This document shows positions 1 through 12,686 of a stretch of DNA of 64,000 nt, piece after piece; the stretch's first letter is position 1, and every line of letters begins with the position of its first letter. Under the pieces are notes generated by a model, which worked only from the letters and a program-made list of their open reading frames with translations, searched no databases and was not told the origin of the DNA. Position numbers and translations under genes: made by a program. The stretch is from NCBI GenBank assembly GCA_046563655.1, contig CM102283.1, positions 6,572,001 through 6,636,000 on the forward strand, read 5' to 3'. This DNA comes from Yuukianura sp. NJ FZ-2021. Taxonomy: Eukaryota.

Positions 1-137
1 ACCCGCATTAATTCTTCGTTTCCGAAACGTTTTAGTGTAATGCCAAGGAACCAATATTTTCTTTGCTGTTTAGATTGTGACTGAAACAGATTGTTATACT
101 AATTATTATTGTAATTCTAGATAAATCGTTTAGGATG

Positions 138-597
138 CTAAGATTTTTTGATAAATGTTGGATCATAAAGAGTCGGATTTGATTCAACTGTTGTTTGATT
201 GATTTGTTCCATGAAGCGGACTCCTCTGTAGCCATACTGCGCCTGTACATCAACCAAAATCAGGAATCATTGTACAATAATTGCATTTTACTTTAAGTTT
301 TTCCTAGGAATAGTAACGTGATTTACCTGGTATTTAACACCGTTTCGTGCAGGAGCTGCGGGGTCAACTGTAAAAGATTCTGGTGTGTATAGGAAAGGTG
401 TCCCGATGATGTTGTGCAAATACCCGTGAGACACTGACCCACATCCCACTATGACAGCCACCATCAACCAACCTAACTAAAATTGAACAAGAATCTATTA
501 GAGACGCCGATTCAACCTTAGTAAGTTAAATAACATTGTGATTAACGTTAAAAATTTTTTGTTAATTCGATACACTTACCATATTTCTCAATTCCAT
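138..597 (-). CDS. Small secreted protein, 90 aa, 3 exons (597-580, 476-327, 242-138), uncharacterised
   Basis: Three exons with GT-AG borders join in phase 0: MELRNM|LGWLMVAVIVGCGSVSHGYLHNIIGTPFLYTPESFTVDPAAPARNGVKYQ|AQYGYRGVRFMEQINQTTVESNPTLYDPTFIKKS*. The N-terminus is hydrophobic and signal-like. Confidence 0.7.
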
Positions 598-2449
598 CCT
601 TGTAGGAACTTTGCTAAAGGAAGATCTACACTCTTTCTGAAGATGCAGACGAATTTCCTCTCGAGGCAAAAGTTACGCAAAAAGAACTCGAGGACGCCAC
701 AATGCATGCAACATGCAACAATGAAGTCAACAGCTTGAGGTCATCGCAGGAAAAAATGAAAGTGAGGCGTCTCTACTTGCAAAAATTGATTCACCTCGTC
801 AGAAGCATTGCAATTTGCAAACCCTTCAAGCCAACGAATCCCAAAAATGACAAACGTTATGCAGAGGCGTGTCCATGTATGCACAATTAATTAAATGCTA
901 TCATGTTTCACAGAAAAATTGTGTATTTTTCAGACATAGTGTTTCAAATTCAAAAGTCAGAACTCAAAACACTCCCGCCTCTGCTCTGCCGTAATGAGGT
1001 GACAATGTCGGCTCCACTGAATACATAAAGGGAGGCCTCCGAAGTCATAAAATGATAACTTATTACCCGCATTTCGACATTTGACAGTTTTTCGGGGATT
1101 TTGAGGGTCTCCAGAGAATCGATGCTTAGTAAAGACCTTGGAGAGTCTACAGCAATCGCAGTGCAGTGTGCATTAGTGCGAGGATGACAAATGGGTATTT
1201 CGAGTTAACAAAATTCATGACAAATGACGCTAAATAATTTGTCTTTTTCATTTAATTGAAATCAATTAACTCAAGTATGCTTTCCAAGGAAGGCCATTTA
1301 GTTTAAATCCTTTTGGGTTTTCCAAATTATATTCCGAGTGTCCGACCTTTGCGGTTTTCAAATTGCGTAGTTTTAACGAGAATCAATTTAAAAAATCGCG
1401 TTGTATCTTAAAGCGTTTTTTGAAATGACAATCTCAACAATTTCCACGAACTGACGAACTTTCATGGTTCTCTTCACCGAATTTTTTTTGAGACGCTAAT
1501 TGAATCTAACTCAAAGAAATTTGTGGCTTTTCCAATAAGTTGACGTCTATGACTTGATCGTAACTTTGAATCACTATGAATCATTACAATTTTTCAGAAG
1601 TAAAAAATTGAAACAAAGTTTGAAAAAAAATCTGCTTCTTGGTGTCTTTGGAATTAGAATTTTATTAGTAGTCGTTTTTCAAAATTTCAGTCTTATCTTT
1701 TCCGGCGAAAATTTCTGAATGTAATTTTTGTTTAAATTCCATTTACGTCCTGAAACTAGTAATCTCTGTAAACAATTTGATCAGTCAAAAACGTCCAGTT
1801 TTGAACTTTCAAAATTTCGCAGCTCCAAATTGTCCATGGTTTGTTGACTCTGCCATTACAAATTTAAGCGCGAAAATCAACAGAAGATAAAATTTTGACA
1901 AAATTATGCAAAGATCATCTTGGCGTCATCTGCGAAATTTTACTTTTCTACTGGACTGTTCTGGAGCTTTAAATTTACGACCCACGTCCGTTGTGTTCCA
2001 GACCATTTTTACAACTTGCCAAATTTAGTACCTTTCTTTTCTCATTTTTAATTTAAAAATTTTTTTCTTTTGTTTTTTTTTTCAGAAAAAGCAGCCGTGA
2101 ATTTCAAATCCTGTCTTGGTCCACCTAAAATATTCTGACATTGAAGAAATCCACTTTGGAAAAGAGTTGCAGCAGCAGGCCAATCGAAGAGAAAAAATCC
2201 GGGTAACCCGGTTCTGAACGCGTCAGTTGAATCTCCGAAGCCACCGAATTCGGATCTAGTCCTTCACACTTCCATTTGTTTATTTGTTTCAAAACGGAAC
2301 CAGAAGGGTCTGTCAATTGACAAAGAACAAACTGCTGGTGATTTCACCTTCGCCGTGGACCAAGTTTAACACAAAGATCAAGAAAGTATTTGAAGTCGAA
2401 GTTACGACAAGGGACGTCGCTATTGGCTGCTGGCGGCCTGGTTGAGCCA

Positions 2450-5335
2450 ATGGGAGGCCTCCGGACACTTTGGGTCATTTTCAGCGTCGTGACCTTTGTA
2501 AGGTCACAGACTGTTATTCCTGACAGTGATTACTACAACGAAGATTTGGGAGATGATGAATTACGCATGTCCGATTCGGATGTGCTGGCGATATGTCACG
2601 ATGACGTTTGCCCTACGGGGGATTTGGAGAAGCTGAAACAAGCCTCTGCGGTGAAGGTCAAAGGTCGATTCAAATTGCGTGTGGACTACAAATCGAAACC
2701 ATATTCGTGTCGCTGTGATAAGTACTGTGTCAAATACAACGATTGTTGCATCGGTCTTATTGTCAATGGCACGGACGAAGCGAAAGCCAGCGTTCTCAAA
2801 CAACATCCTTGGAGATGTAACTTCCTGGAGATTCATGAACCGAAGGTGAGTCTAAAAAAAATTGAACAAACTTTTTCAAAATTTTGAATTTGCTACTTTT
2901 TCAATTTCAGGCAGTTTGGGCGCTGATGATGAGCAAATGTCCACAAGACAGTCAAGATTTGGAGACAAACAGACTTTGCGAAGGTGTCAACATCGAACTT
3001 CCGCGAAGACAAAAATATCTCGTTGACGTTCCAATTTACAGTAATCGGACCAAGGTCCTCTACAAGAACGTTTACTGTGCTCGATGTCACAACGAACAAG
3101 GCAGCGACATTTTGAAGCACACTTTGCGTCTCAACTGCGACCAGGAGTTCACTCCCCAAGAACGCGCCCTTTTCCAACACCGAGCTGAGTATATTTTCGG
3201 AAAACGAATTTGGAAATACGAAAACTCAACATGTTATCTCAGTGTTGAACAATTCTCGAAGGAGAACTTAGAACGCAACATTCCAGGGATTCGTTACTGT
3301 GGACCTGACATGGTCCAATCCTGTCCCGCCAATTCAAACGTTTCAGAAAAAACGGAAGCTCTTTGCACCGGATACACGCAGGCGCTAACTTTAAATCTCC
3401 CGCCAGAAGATCAATTCTCTAAATTCGGTAGTCAGACGTTCTTCAAAAATCCACACTGCTACTTATGTCACCACGGAATTGAAGAGGTTCCGGAGAAGCC
3501 GTTTCAGTTTCCATGTTACCAGCATATCACGATGACCCGCTATGGACCATCCAGAGATCAGCCGGTAGAGGGGGCGGGGCTTAACTTTCTATTTGACTTT
3601 AACGTTTTCAATGAGAATCAGTGGGTGGGGTATGAGATGCTTTGTAAAGAAGATGAAGTTTGGGACTACGTTAGACATGACTGTCACCCCATGGTATGTG
3701 GCAAAGGACATAGATTGAAAGATGGAGAATGCGAAAGTGTCGCTCCAAGTGGTGAGTCTAAAGATGATGATGATCCGAACGACCATGAGCCGAAACGGGA
3801 CTTGGCCGAAGAACCGGACTGTTACAGAATTGTTTTGCATAAGTCGGAGTACAGTTTTCTGGAAGATCAAAACGATACGCTGGTGGTCAACTTATCAACA
3901 GGTAAAAATTCACACTTTTGTCAGTACTACAAACTTTCCCGGTCTTTCCAAATTCAAATTTTCGAACAGAATAGAGCTGATTGGAGGAGAGCGAAAGCGA
4001 CAGAAGAGATTTGATTGGAGGAGAGGTTTTTCGTCTTCGATTTCCACCAATCAGTTCACATCTTTTCACAATTTCAATAACAAAAAGCCCGCCAACATTC
4101 GAATTAGTTTAAAACTCAATGTAGAGGACATTCTTAGCAAACTTAACACTACAACTTTGATTTTTTTTAATCATTTATTTCTTCCGCTAGGTGGCTCTGT
4201 ACATCTTCCGCCCAGCGAATACGAAATCTGGAACGATACTGCAGTTACAATCTGTGCAAAATTCCTTCACCGAGCCTTCGAATCCCGATTTTCACCGATT
4301 TTCAATTACTTATCAGTTGCTCTCGTTGGACTCAGCGTTTGCTTCTTATTTCTCCACATTCTACTGTACATTCTGCTTCCAAAACTACGAAATCTACCGT
4401 CAAACAACTTATTCTGCCTCACTCTGTCCCTGTTCCTGTCACAACTCATTCTACTCATCTTCATCACTGAAACCGAAAACCGGGAACTTTGCATCGCCGC
4501 AGCCATTTTGATCCACTACTTCTTCCTCTCTGCCTTTTTCTGGATGTGTGCCATGAGCTTCGACATTTCCAGAACCTTCTCAGGTCAAATGCTGCTTCAA
4601 GGAAGAAGGGGACGTCGGGGCGGACGTGGATCCTTCGTTAAGTACTCCATCTTCAGTTGGGGTGGGCCCTTCATTATCGTGTCCTTGGCGGTCATCACGG
4701 ACTTTGGTGGACTGGACTTTGACTTTCTGGAGTCCATCAAACCAGGATATGGACAAACCGGGCTCTGTTGGATCTCACATCGCATGTCACTTTTAGTTTT
4801 CTTTGCGCTTCCAGTGGGGCTTGTCATCTTATCCAACTTGATCCTGTTTTCGCTGACGGCTAGAGCCATTTTGATTCAAAATCGTGAATCCAGTAGAGTA
4901 CTTGGAGGCGGGGCGAAGGATTCGGCAAAGTCCGGGAAGAACAACGACGAAGCGCTGCTGAAACTTTATGTCAAACTGGCTCTAATCATGGGCTTGACTT
5001 GGATTCTGGGATTCATTTCAGCGTTTCTGCTCTGGGACTGGGTGTGGTACGCCTTCGTAGTTCTTAATGGACTACAAGGAACTTTCATCTTCTTTGCATT
5101 CGACTGGAAACGCAGAACGCTTGGATTTTTGAAGGACCGATTGGGACTGAAGAGCAGCAAAGAAAATTCGACCTTGACGGGGTCACTGGGGGTGGGAAGG
5201 TCAGACTTGGGGGGACGCAAAGCTCTGGCCACAAGCACATCGATTACAAGTTTGGGCAACCACGCGACAATTAATTCAGGAATGATTTCTGGACATGAAC
5301 TCAAAAAAAGTTCGGATTCAGTTGCAAGTACTTGA
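2450..5335 (+). CDS. Family B (adhesion/Methuselah-like) 7TM GPCR with somatomedin-B domain and Cys-rich ectodomain; exons 2450-2845, 2911-3901, 4191-5335
   Basis: Signal peptide MGGLRTLWVIFSVVTFVRS. SMB motif CRCDKYCVKYNDCC. Two Y/F-KNxxCxxCH repeats. Seven TM helices with family-B motifs (LRNLP, HYFFLSAFFWM, CWI, MGLTWILG, NGLQGTFIF). Splice phases are consistent. Confidence 0.9.
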
Positions 5336-8300
5336 AATCATTTTCTAATCCAAAAGTCATTTCAAAATTCATTTTGCTTCCTCGGGCCATCCATTTTTGG
5401 CCAGAAGCATTTTAAATTTCGAATTTCTGAAAACTTTCAAAGTAGTTTTAATTAATAACTTTTCTTTTGTGTTGAATTCCTTTTATGGAAATTTAAAATG
5501 CAACTTCTTGAATTTGAAATTTTAAATTTTACAATAATAATAATCGCGCAAATAAAAAAATAAAGCAGGATTTCACTAGTTTATGAAAGAAAATTTGAAT
5601 TATGGTGTGTATTGTATTCTATTTTTGAAAAAAAAACACTTGTGACTTTCATTGAAATTATGCAGCTACATGAAGTTACTTTATGAATCTATTTCTGGAG
5701 AAATCAGAACAAAAATAAATTTCAAAGCTGTGGTTAATTTCAAAATTTTTATATAAGCTTCGTAAATTAAAAAAGAAGCGACTCGAAACAGATTTCAAGT
5801 GTAGTTTGACGTTGTTGCAAAATCCGAATGCGAAATCTTGTGCTATTTCTGGAGCCGCCATCATCAGTGCAAAAATGAATTTGAGAGTTTGGTTAATTTC
5901 AAAATTTGGTTAATTTTTGTATAACCTTCGTAAGGTCAACTATAATGAAAATTTAAAAAACTAAGCAGATTTCAAGTGTTTTGACGTTTTCAAAAAACCA
6001 AATGTGCAAGTTCCTCCTTTTTGCATTGAATTTTACTTTATGCCGCACATATTTTGGTTTTCGTCAGTATTTCAGAATTTTTTGGATCACTTACGGAGAT
6101 GATTTTTAGGCGTGGTTCAATTAGGCTAAAAGAAAGCAATTGTTTACCTTGTGCTGAACACTATGGGAAAACAAGATTTAGTAGCATCCATAATAGATTT
6201 ATGGATGCTTTTAAATGTTATTTTCTGTACTAACCTGACTTCAATGTGTTTAATTTGACATTAAGTTTTAGGAACTGGGCGTGTCAGGCTCTGTCTAAAA
6301 ACAAAAAGGTAATCCTACTTAATTAACTTTCCGCTTGAAATTATCCTCATGCATTTTAGGGTTCAGTGGGTACACGGAAACATGTTTTGGTTGAACGACG
6401 AAACAAGTTGATGATGGACATGGAGTGTCAAGGACTCCTTTGACGTCATCAGGCCTTCATTTCAACCAACCCTACACACGTTACATCTTGAATCTAACAA
6501 ACAACGTCTTAACAAAAGCCTCAAGCCAAAATTTAAGCATTGCAAGTACATAGTAGAATCGAAAAAAAGTGTTGTTGAGAACCATCTTCAGTTCAAATCA
6601 CACGAAATTTGCATTTTCTTTAAGTTTCTGTTTTTTGTGAAGTGAATTTTAATTAGCCGAGCTTCAGTAGATACAAAACAAGTGACGTTAAGAAGTCTGT
6701 GTTTTGGATTTGACCAGTTTCGAAAAAGTTTGTGAGCTGCGCCGTGGGAGTCACGTCTACATAGAGTTGACGCCATCAAAAGTTATAAGTTCAGAGTGCA
6801 AAAATATGAAAAGTGATCAAACTTAGAAAAACAACAAGATTTGGGGATAGTCCTGCAGGGATTTGCTATCCAGTAGTTCTGGAAGGACAATCACCGACAT
6901 TGTGTTTAGCCATGACACTTGGAATTCAAGTGTTTTAGTTAGATTAGATGATTTGTGTGATTACTTGGAAATGGGGTTGAGGTGACCTCTGACTTTTTAG
7001 TTGAAGGCGGAAAATGTAATGGGAGATTCAATTAAATCGGTTTTTGTTGACATTCTTTCCGCTGTAAATCAAAGCGACTGTCATGCCCTGAATTTTTGCT
7101 TACGCACGAACCAAGTTCAATTGGTTTGGAAAAAAAAGATGATAAAAGAGAATCTCATCCTCCAAACAATTATAAAACAAGGTTTTACAAAAACTAGCTT
7201 TTGATTGTACAACAAAAGAACAAAAAGAACTACATTTCTGAAGAATCTTCACAGAAGGACTCTGGAGGAGCTCGTGTCGTTTAATGGAATTGTGCTTAAG
7301 TACTTCTTTGAACAGTTATTTTCGGAACTTCCGAAATTAAGTAACGGCAATGTTGCACTTTTAAACAGTTTCCGGCTGAATTTAAAAGTCAAAAGTTAAC
7401 TTTCAAGTTTTGTTAGTTTGTGATTCCAACTCACGCCAACAGGCAACAAACTATAGCTGAGGTGTCTTTGTTTTTCGAAAGTTTTGTTTTTCAAAGACTT
7501 GAAAATTTTAATACTATAAACATCAACTGCTTCTAAAATTTTCACACATTAAAAAAAACCACGACGGCCAACAGCACGAAGGGAGACGAAAATGTGCTAA
7601 GCACATTTCTCGTAAGGCATTTTTTTTTGCTAATCATTCTGTATTTACTTATGTACTATCATAATTTATTATTAATTATCGTTTCTTTTAAATTAATGTA
7701 AATTATATTCTGCAATACACCGAAATGTGATGTGCATTTGATTTTAAAAACCCTGGAATTGAAATCTTGAAATAAGCGCTCTGCATTAAATTCAATTTTG
7801 GACTGAACCATTCTGAATTCTGATTTTTTTTCCTACTTTCACCGTTTTAGTTAATAAGCTGTGAACTGGGTTAGTAATCCATGAGACTATTTGCAAAATT
7901 TTTCCATTGTTAAAATTTTCTATCTTTTTTAAAATTTTTGTTGGTCATTGTTATACAAAAGTTTTCTCCTCTGTTTGTCAAGCATACTGCAAACCCCCAC
8001 GTACTAAAACTTTTGTATTATTCACACTCTGAATTACTTTTTGAAAAGCCCTGCCCCTAAGGCACAGATCCGCATAACGGTATTGGCACTTTCTGCCTCT
8101 GGGAGTGTCGTTTTACAATTCACAATAGGAATTTCATTGTAAGCGGAAAAACAGACTAAACTACAAGTGTATTAACTAAAGTGCTTTGCAAATGGTTGAA
8201 GGACCAATGAACGCATGGGATTTAGCCACTTGCGTAGCTGTGACCCAAATACCAATTTGAGGTCAATCTATAACAAGCTGTCGTCACTTGTCTATTTTTA

Positions 8301-8559
8301 AGTTGAGTGAACAATTGATCGTTTCTATTCTTTGTTTCCAATTTGTGTTGCGTAGAATCTACATCAGTGTTGTTTCGTGTCGTGTCGTGTTCGCGTGTCT
8401 TCTTGTCCGTGACACCAGTTGACCTTCAGCGTTTCAAAACAACTTGACCATCCACCTCTCTCCTACATTGTTAACGATTTACCGAAGTTTTGGAATGTGG
8501 TCTTTAGCTTGGGTAAGTTGAAATTTTCAAATTCTGGATAATATTCTATGTAACAAGCG

Positions 8560-8900
8560 AAATGGAGTGACACGACAATGAAAGTCTCCATGATGAAATC
8601 ACGATGGACAAGTGAAATAGTAGTGTTGGTTTGTAAAGCAGTGGACAACAGCAGAGTTATGCGTTCGAGGACGAAGTGACGCAGGACAAGTGACATAACT
8701 TCCGTTTTCTATGATGAAATCACTGTCGGCTAGAGACATGCTGGCGTTTTCTAACTACGACGAAATCGCTTTGGACAATTGACAAATTGCGAAGTTCCAT
8801 AGCGAAGTGTCTGTGGACAAGTGACAGACTTGCGCGTTCGAGGACGAAGTGATGATGGACAAGTGACATACTTACGTTTTCTAGAAATGACGGACGATAG
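8560..8900. repeat. Degenerate ~39-bp minisatellite (about 8 copies)
   Basis: Recurring unit resembling GACGAAGTGATGATGGACAAGTGACATACTTnCGTTTTCT. Small indels break any reading frame. Confidence 0.7.
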
Positions 8901-11900
8901 TACTTCAACTGTATCTGTTTAGTTACGTACTACGTACATGTAAAAGTTCAAATGCTGGTAAAACTGCGTCGTTCTAAAAGCGTAGTTCAACTAGTTTCTT
9001 TTATTGTTTTCTCTTTTTTTTTTTTGAAAAAGTTATACATTCATAAAAATTTTCCCAGGAAAAGTATAATGTTGCACCAATTTATGATTTTGCCTAAAGC
9101 AACTTTCATTTTTCGAAAAATGATTCATGTCATAAAAATCTTACGAGGAGCAAACCCTTTGTAATTTTCAACTTTTTATGATTCATGTGGGATTTTGCTG
9201 TTTTGCCATCTCGTGACGTTTAACACGTTTACTCAAAGTCAAAGAAACTGTTTTGTCAGAACATTTATTTGCAGTAAGAATTTAGCACACAACAGAGAAA
9301 ACGTAATGTTTCTGTTTTTGTGAAACTTCGATTTGCCATGTTAGGTATTACTCCGCAGATGATGAATTTCTGTTTGAATGAAAAGTTTGACGTTTTGGTT
9401 ACAAAAATTCACGTTTCAAGAACAGGATACTGCGTCGTCGCAGTGACTCGTCTGCTGCGCCGTGTCTCACCTAACAGCGTCACAATTCCAATGAAAATAG
9501 AAAATTCGCAATTGTGAATTACAAATTGGCGCATGACGAATTCTGAGTCAGGCAATTACAGGATGACTTAAACTTCATACCTGAACCGTGTCAGCCCCAG
9601 CAGTGACTTGTTAAGCAAGTAGACAAAGTATGACACAGAAAAATCATACATAGTGTATCACTTGATAAATGCAAAATTCAAATTTTTGAATTTGAATTCG
9701 GAAATCCAGATGCACAGAAGTTAGAAAAGTTTTGACCTTTCACTTTATGTTGCAAGCAACAGCAAAGTTGATCTTGCGGACATTACTTTCATGAAACAGA
9801 TTCTTGGATTTCCGGGTTGTGTTGTCACATTGTCACTTCCTCGTGACAATAAAGATACCAGGCACTTCTAAGTACAAGCAGATAAGTGAACACTACTTAC
9901 TGTACTGTACATAGTACATAGTACATCAGTTGAAAACAATTGACCGTGCAGTTCAAAGTTCCAGATTTGATTGTTCTATTTGTTTGATTGTTGGCAATGA
10001 CTCTGAGTAAACAGCAAACTGAAGTTGGGGACAAACGACTTGTAAAGTTAAATTTTTCCATTTTATAGTACTTTACATGTTAGATAAAATTAGTTCCCAC
10101 TTTTGAACGTAAACCTGTGGACCCGGATAAGTTGTATAAGTTAACTATGCGGTTAGTAACAAAACCAAAACGCCCGCATTAGCAATTTCCTTGATTAATT
10201 TATGGCTATAGTTAACGTGCTGGAGGTGCACATGTCTAATTTATGAGATTGGTTGACTGGGGCCATGTTTGCGGTAAGCAGTTGAAGTTGCGGTTTGGGA
10301 ACCCTACTTATGGACATTCCCTTGACACGATACGTTTTAGACGTAAATTACATTTCACAGTAGTCGTGGTTTAGTTGCTGCCAGTGTGGGAAATCCATTT
10401 GTAGTTTTAAGGTCAAAGGTCATCCATTTCTGAAAATCAAAAGTGTTTTGTGTTTTAGTTTATTTAGTTTGATGTTTTATAAGTCATCCAATCCCAGGTA
10501 AAGTTTTTGAAAATGAAACCACAACTTAGTATGTACTACGTAGTATTTTCCCAAAATTTTTGTTTTGCTTTTCAAAAATTGTTTTGTGTTCATCGGGATC
10601 GAGGAAAATTTTGAAATATTTTCCGCAATATATTTTTTTTTGGTTCCCTACGCACAAGCGAATTTTAACCTAACCATTTTGTTTGCATGTCGGACTGATT
10701 ATTTCATTAATTGGATTACTGTTTATTAGCGGATTAACAGATTGATATACTGGTAAGATTAAATTAAGTTTTTGAACATTTTTACAACGAAGGGTTTAAA
10801 ATTTTGAAATAGTTAACGAAAAATGACGCTTCAAATGATTTGGATAAGGGATGGACGCACTTTTTTTAGCCGCGAAAGGCGCGAAGTCGAAAATGTAAAC
10901 AAAATTTTGAAAGTGCGTAGCGTTTGCACGAAGAAAAAAGAGAAGAGGACGTGAAACGTAACATGAAGTTTCGGAATTCAATATTCAATTTATGCGAAGA
11001 ATTTTGCGGTGTCGAATTACTTCGATCAATTACTTCGATCATCTCAGTCTCATTTATTCCCAAACACCTCATCATCCCATTCAACCATTCACGATTTAAG
11101 GCCAAGGCACGTCCTGTCCATCTTGTCTTTATCACATTCGAATTTACAACATTCTAGTCCCCATCCCAAGTCGACCTGCTCTCTCGGAGTTTATGTGCAG
11201 TCATTGCCTTGGTTCTTTTCCATTACATTGTGATTGTTCTTTGAAAAGTGACGACGACGCTTGTGGGAAGTTTATTTTCGTCATACTAAACAAAGGTCTG
11301 TTCTCGGTAAGAGGTCACACACCTTACCTGAACTAAAAAGAGACACATTCTAGATTCAAAAATACTTTAACAGCTTTAACAAAAACGACTCCTTTTTCCC
11401 GTCGTCGTATGTGTTGTACTGGCAGAAATACTTTGAACAAGGCAGCTGAGGAAGGAAGGCAGGATACATTGGGTAAATTTTTTAGTAAACTTCGCAGTAT
11501 TTTGAAAACATCACTGGTTGAGGAATAATTTGAGGTTTAAATATTTAGATAGAAGCATATGGACCAGGTATGTTTACACCGTAAACTGTTTACGGATGTG
11601 TATACGCTGTTTTGTAATGGGATTGACGATTAGTGTATGCTGGATGGATGACGGATGTTGATGTAAGTGTCATTAGTCAGACTTCCGTTGTAAATCCTAT
11701 AATTACCATTTAATCTAAATGAATTATTGGTTTGGGTGTGTTTCAGAGTTATAATGAAAAGTAATGAAGGTAAACGGTAATTGCAGACAGATCATAGAGG
11801 TTCATTTCCTTCCGGTATATTATTCTTACTGTTTGATGTACTCTGGCAGAAGTGGTTTACTTAACCTTACAGTACGATGACACCGCTACCACTACGATAG

Positions 11901-12686
11901 AACCACACGTCTTTGCCTCTTCACTTATCGTAAAACCCAAAAGCAAACACGTTATCTAGTGGAACCAAAAGTTTTGCTAACCTAACTACGCATGGGATTT
12001 CACTTTTTTGCTTACGTTGGTAGTTGTTTGTGTGCATTGTGATTTATTAAGTATCAAAAGGGGTCCCCGAACATTACTACCCATTTTTCTACTTAGAGTA
12101 CAAGTTAAGTGTATCTAGAAGATTCTTAATCAGTTGCAGTGAGTTGGTTCGTTAATGAATCAGAAGAGCCGAAGACGTTGTGATTAATAGTAGGTTCATA
12201 GCAAGTTTTGTAGATTTGGGAGGTTGATGGTTAGCTAAAAGTTATAACTTTAAGAATGGGGTTCTGGAGCGCGTAATACCGCTCCAGTGAAATGTAATTA
12301 CGTCAATCGTTTTTTTTTCTCCTAACTCCTGACACTCTGCACGAGTACATAAACTACCTCCAAAACCAAATCCCAAACTGTGAGTAACCTATCACTTTGG
12401 ATTTTGGTTTTGGAAAAGACTCCCCCACTTGTTTGTTAACTCTCATTCAGACTACACGTTCATCCCTGAAGTCACTAAAGTGTCGAGATACTGTTGAAAA
12501 CTAGTGTTTGTTTGGCCATATAACATTACAAAGTGGTCACTGGCATTGGAACACTAGATCCCTGCTGGTCAACGCTACCCAGAATCATCTAAGTTCTCCA
12601 TGTGAAGTGTATCTAAAACTAACATGCTTCTCTTTTCTCTGATTACTCAGGCAGCTCCAGAATCCAGCAGTGTTGGTCAAGTGACA

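Noticed and set aside
3902-4190. ORF 3722-5335 running through this stretch as if it were coding
   Set aside because: It is a GT-AG intron that happens to be open in the exon 3 frame. The exon 2 frame stops at 4014, and the stretch holds repeat-like TGATTGGAGGAGAG copies.
5700-6010. Local imperfect direct duplication (GGTTAATTTCAAAATTT...CAGATTTCAAGTG...TTGACGTT)
   Set aside because: Short degenerate duplication without TIR, TSD or coding potential.
6270-7460. Exon-like segments with AG/GT borders between the GPCR and IP3K
   Set aside because: I could not assemble a convincing ORF or recognise a motif; at best a lncRNA or decayed fragment.
8590-8870. Recurrent GAC-AAG-TGA suggesting a Sec or readthrough repeat protein on the + strand
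   Set aside because: Indels break the frame, and there is no start or splice context and no visible SECIS.
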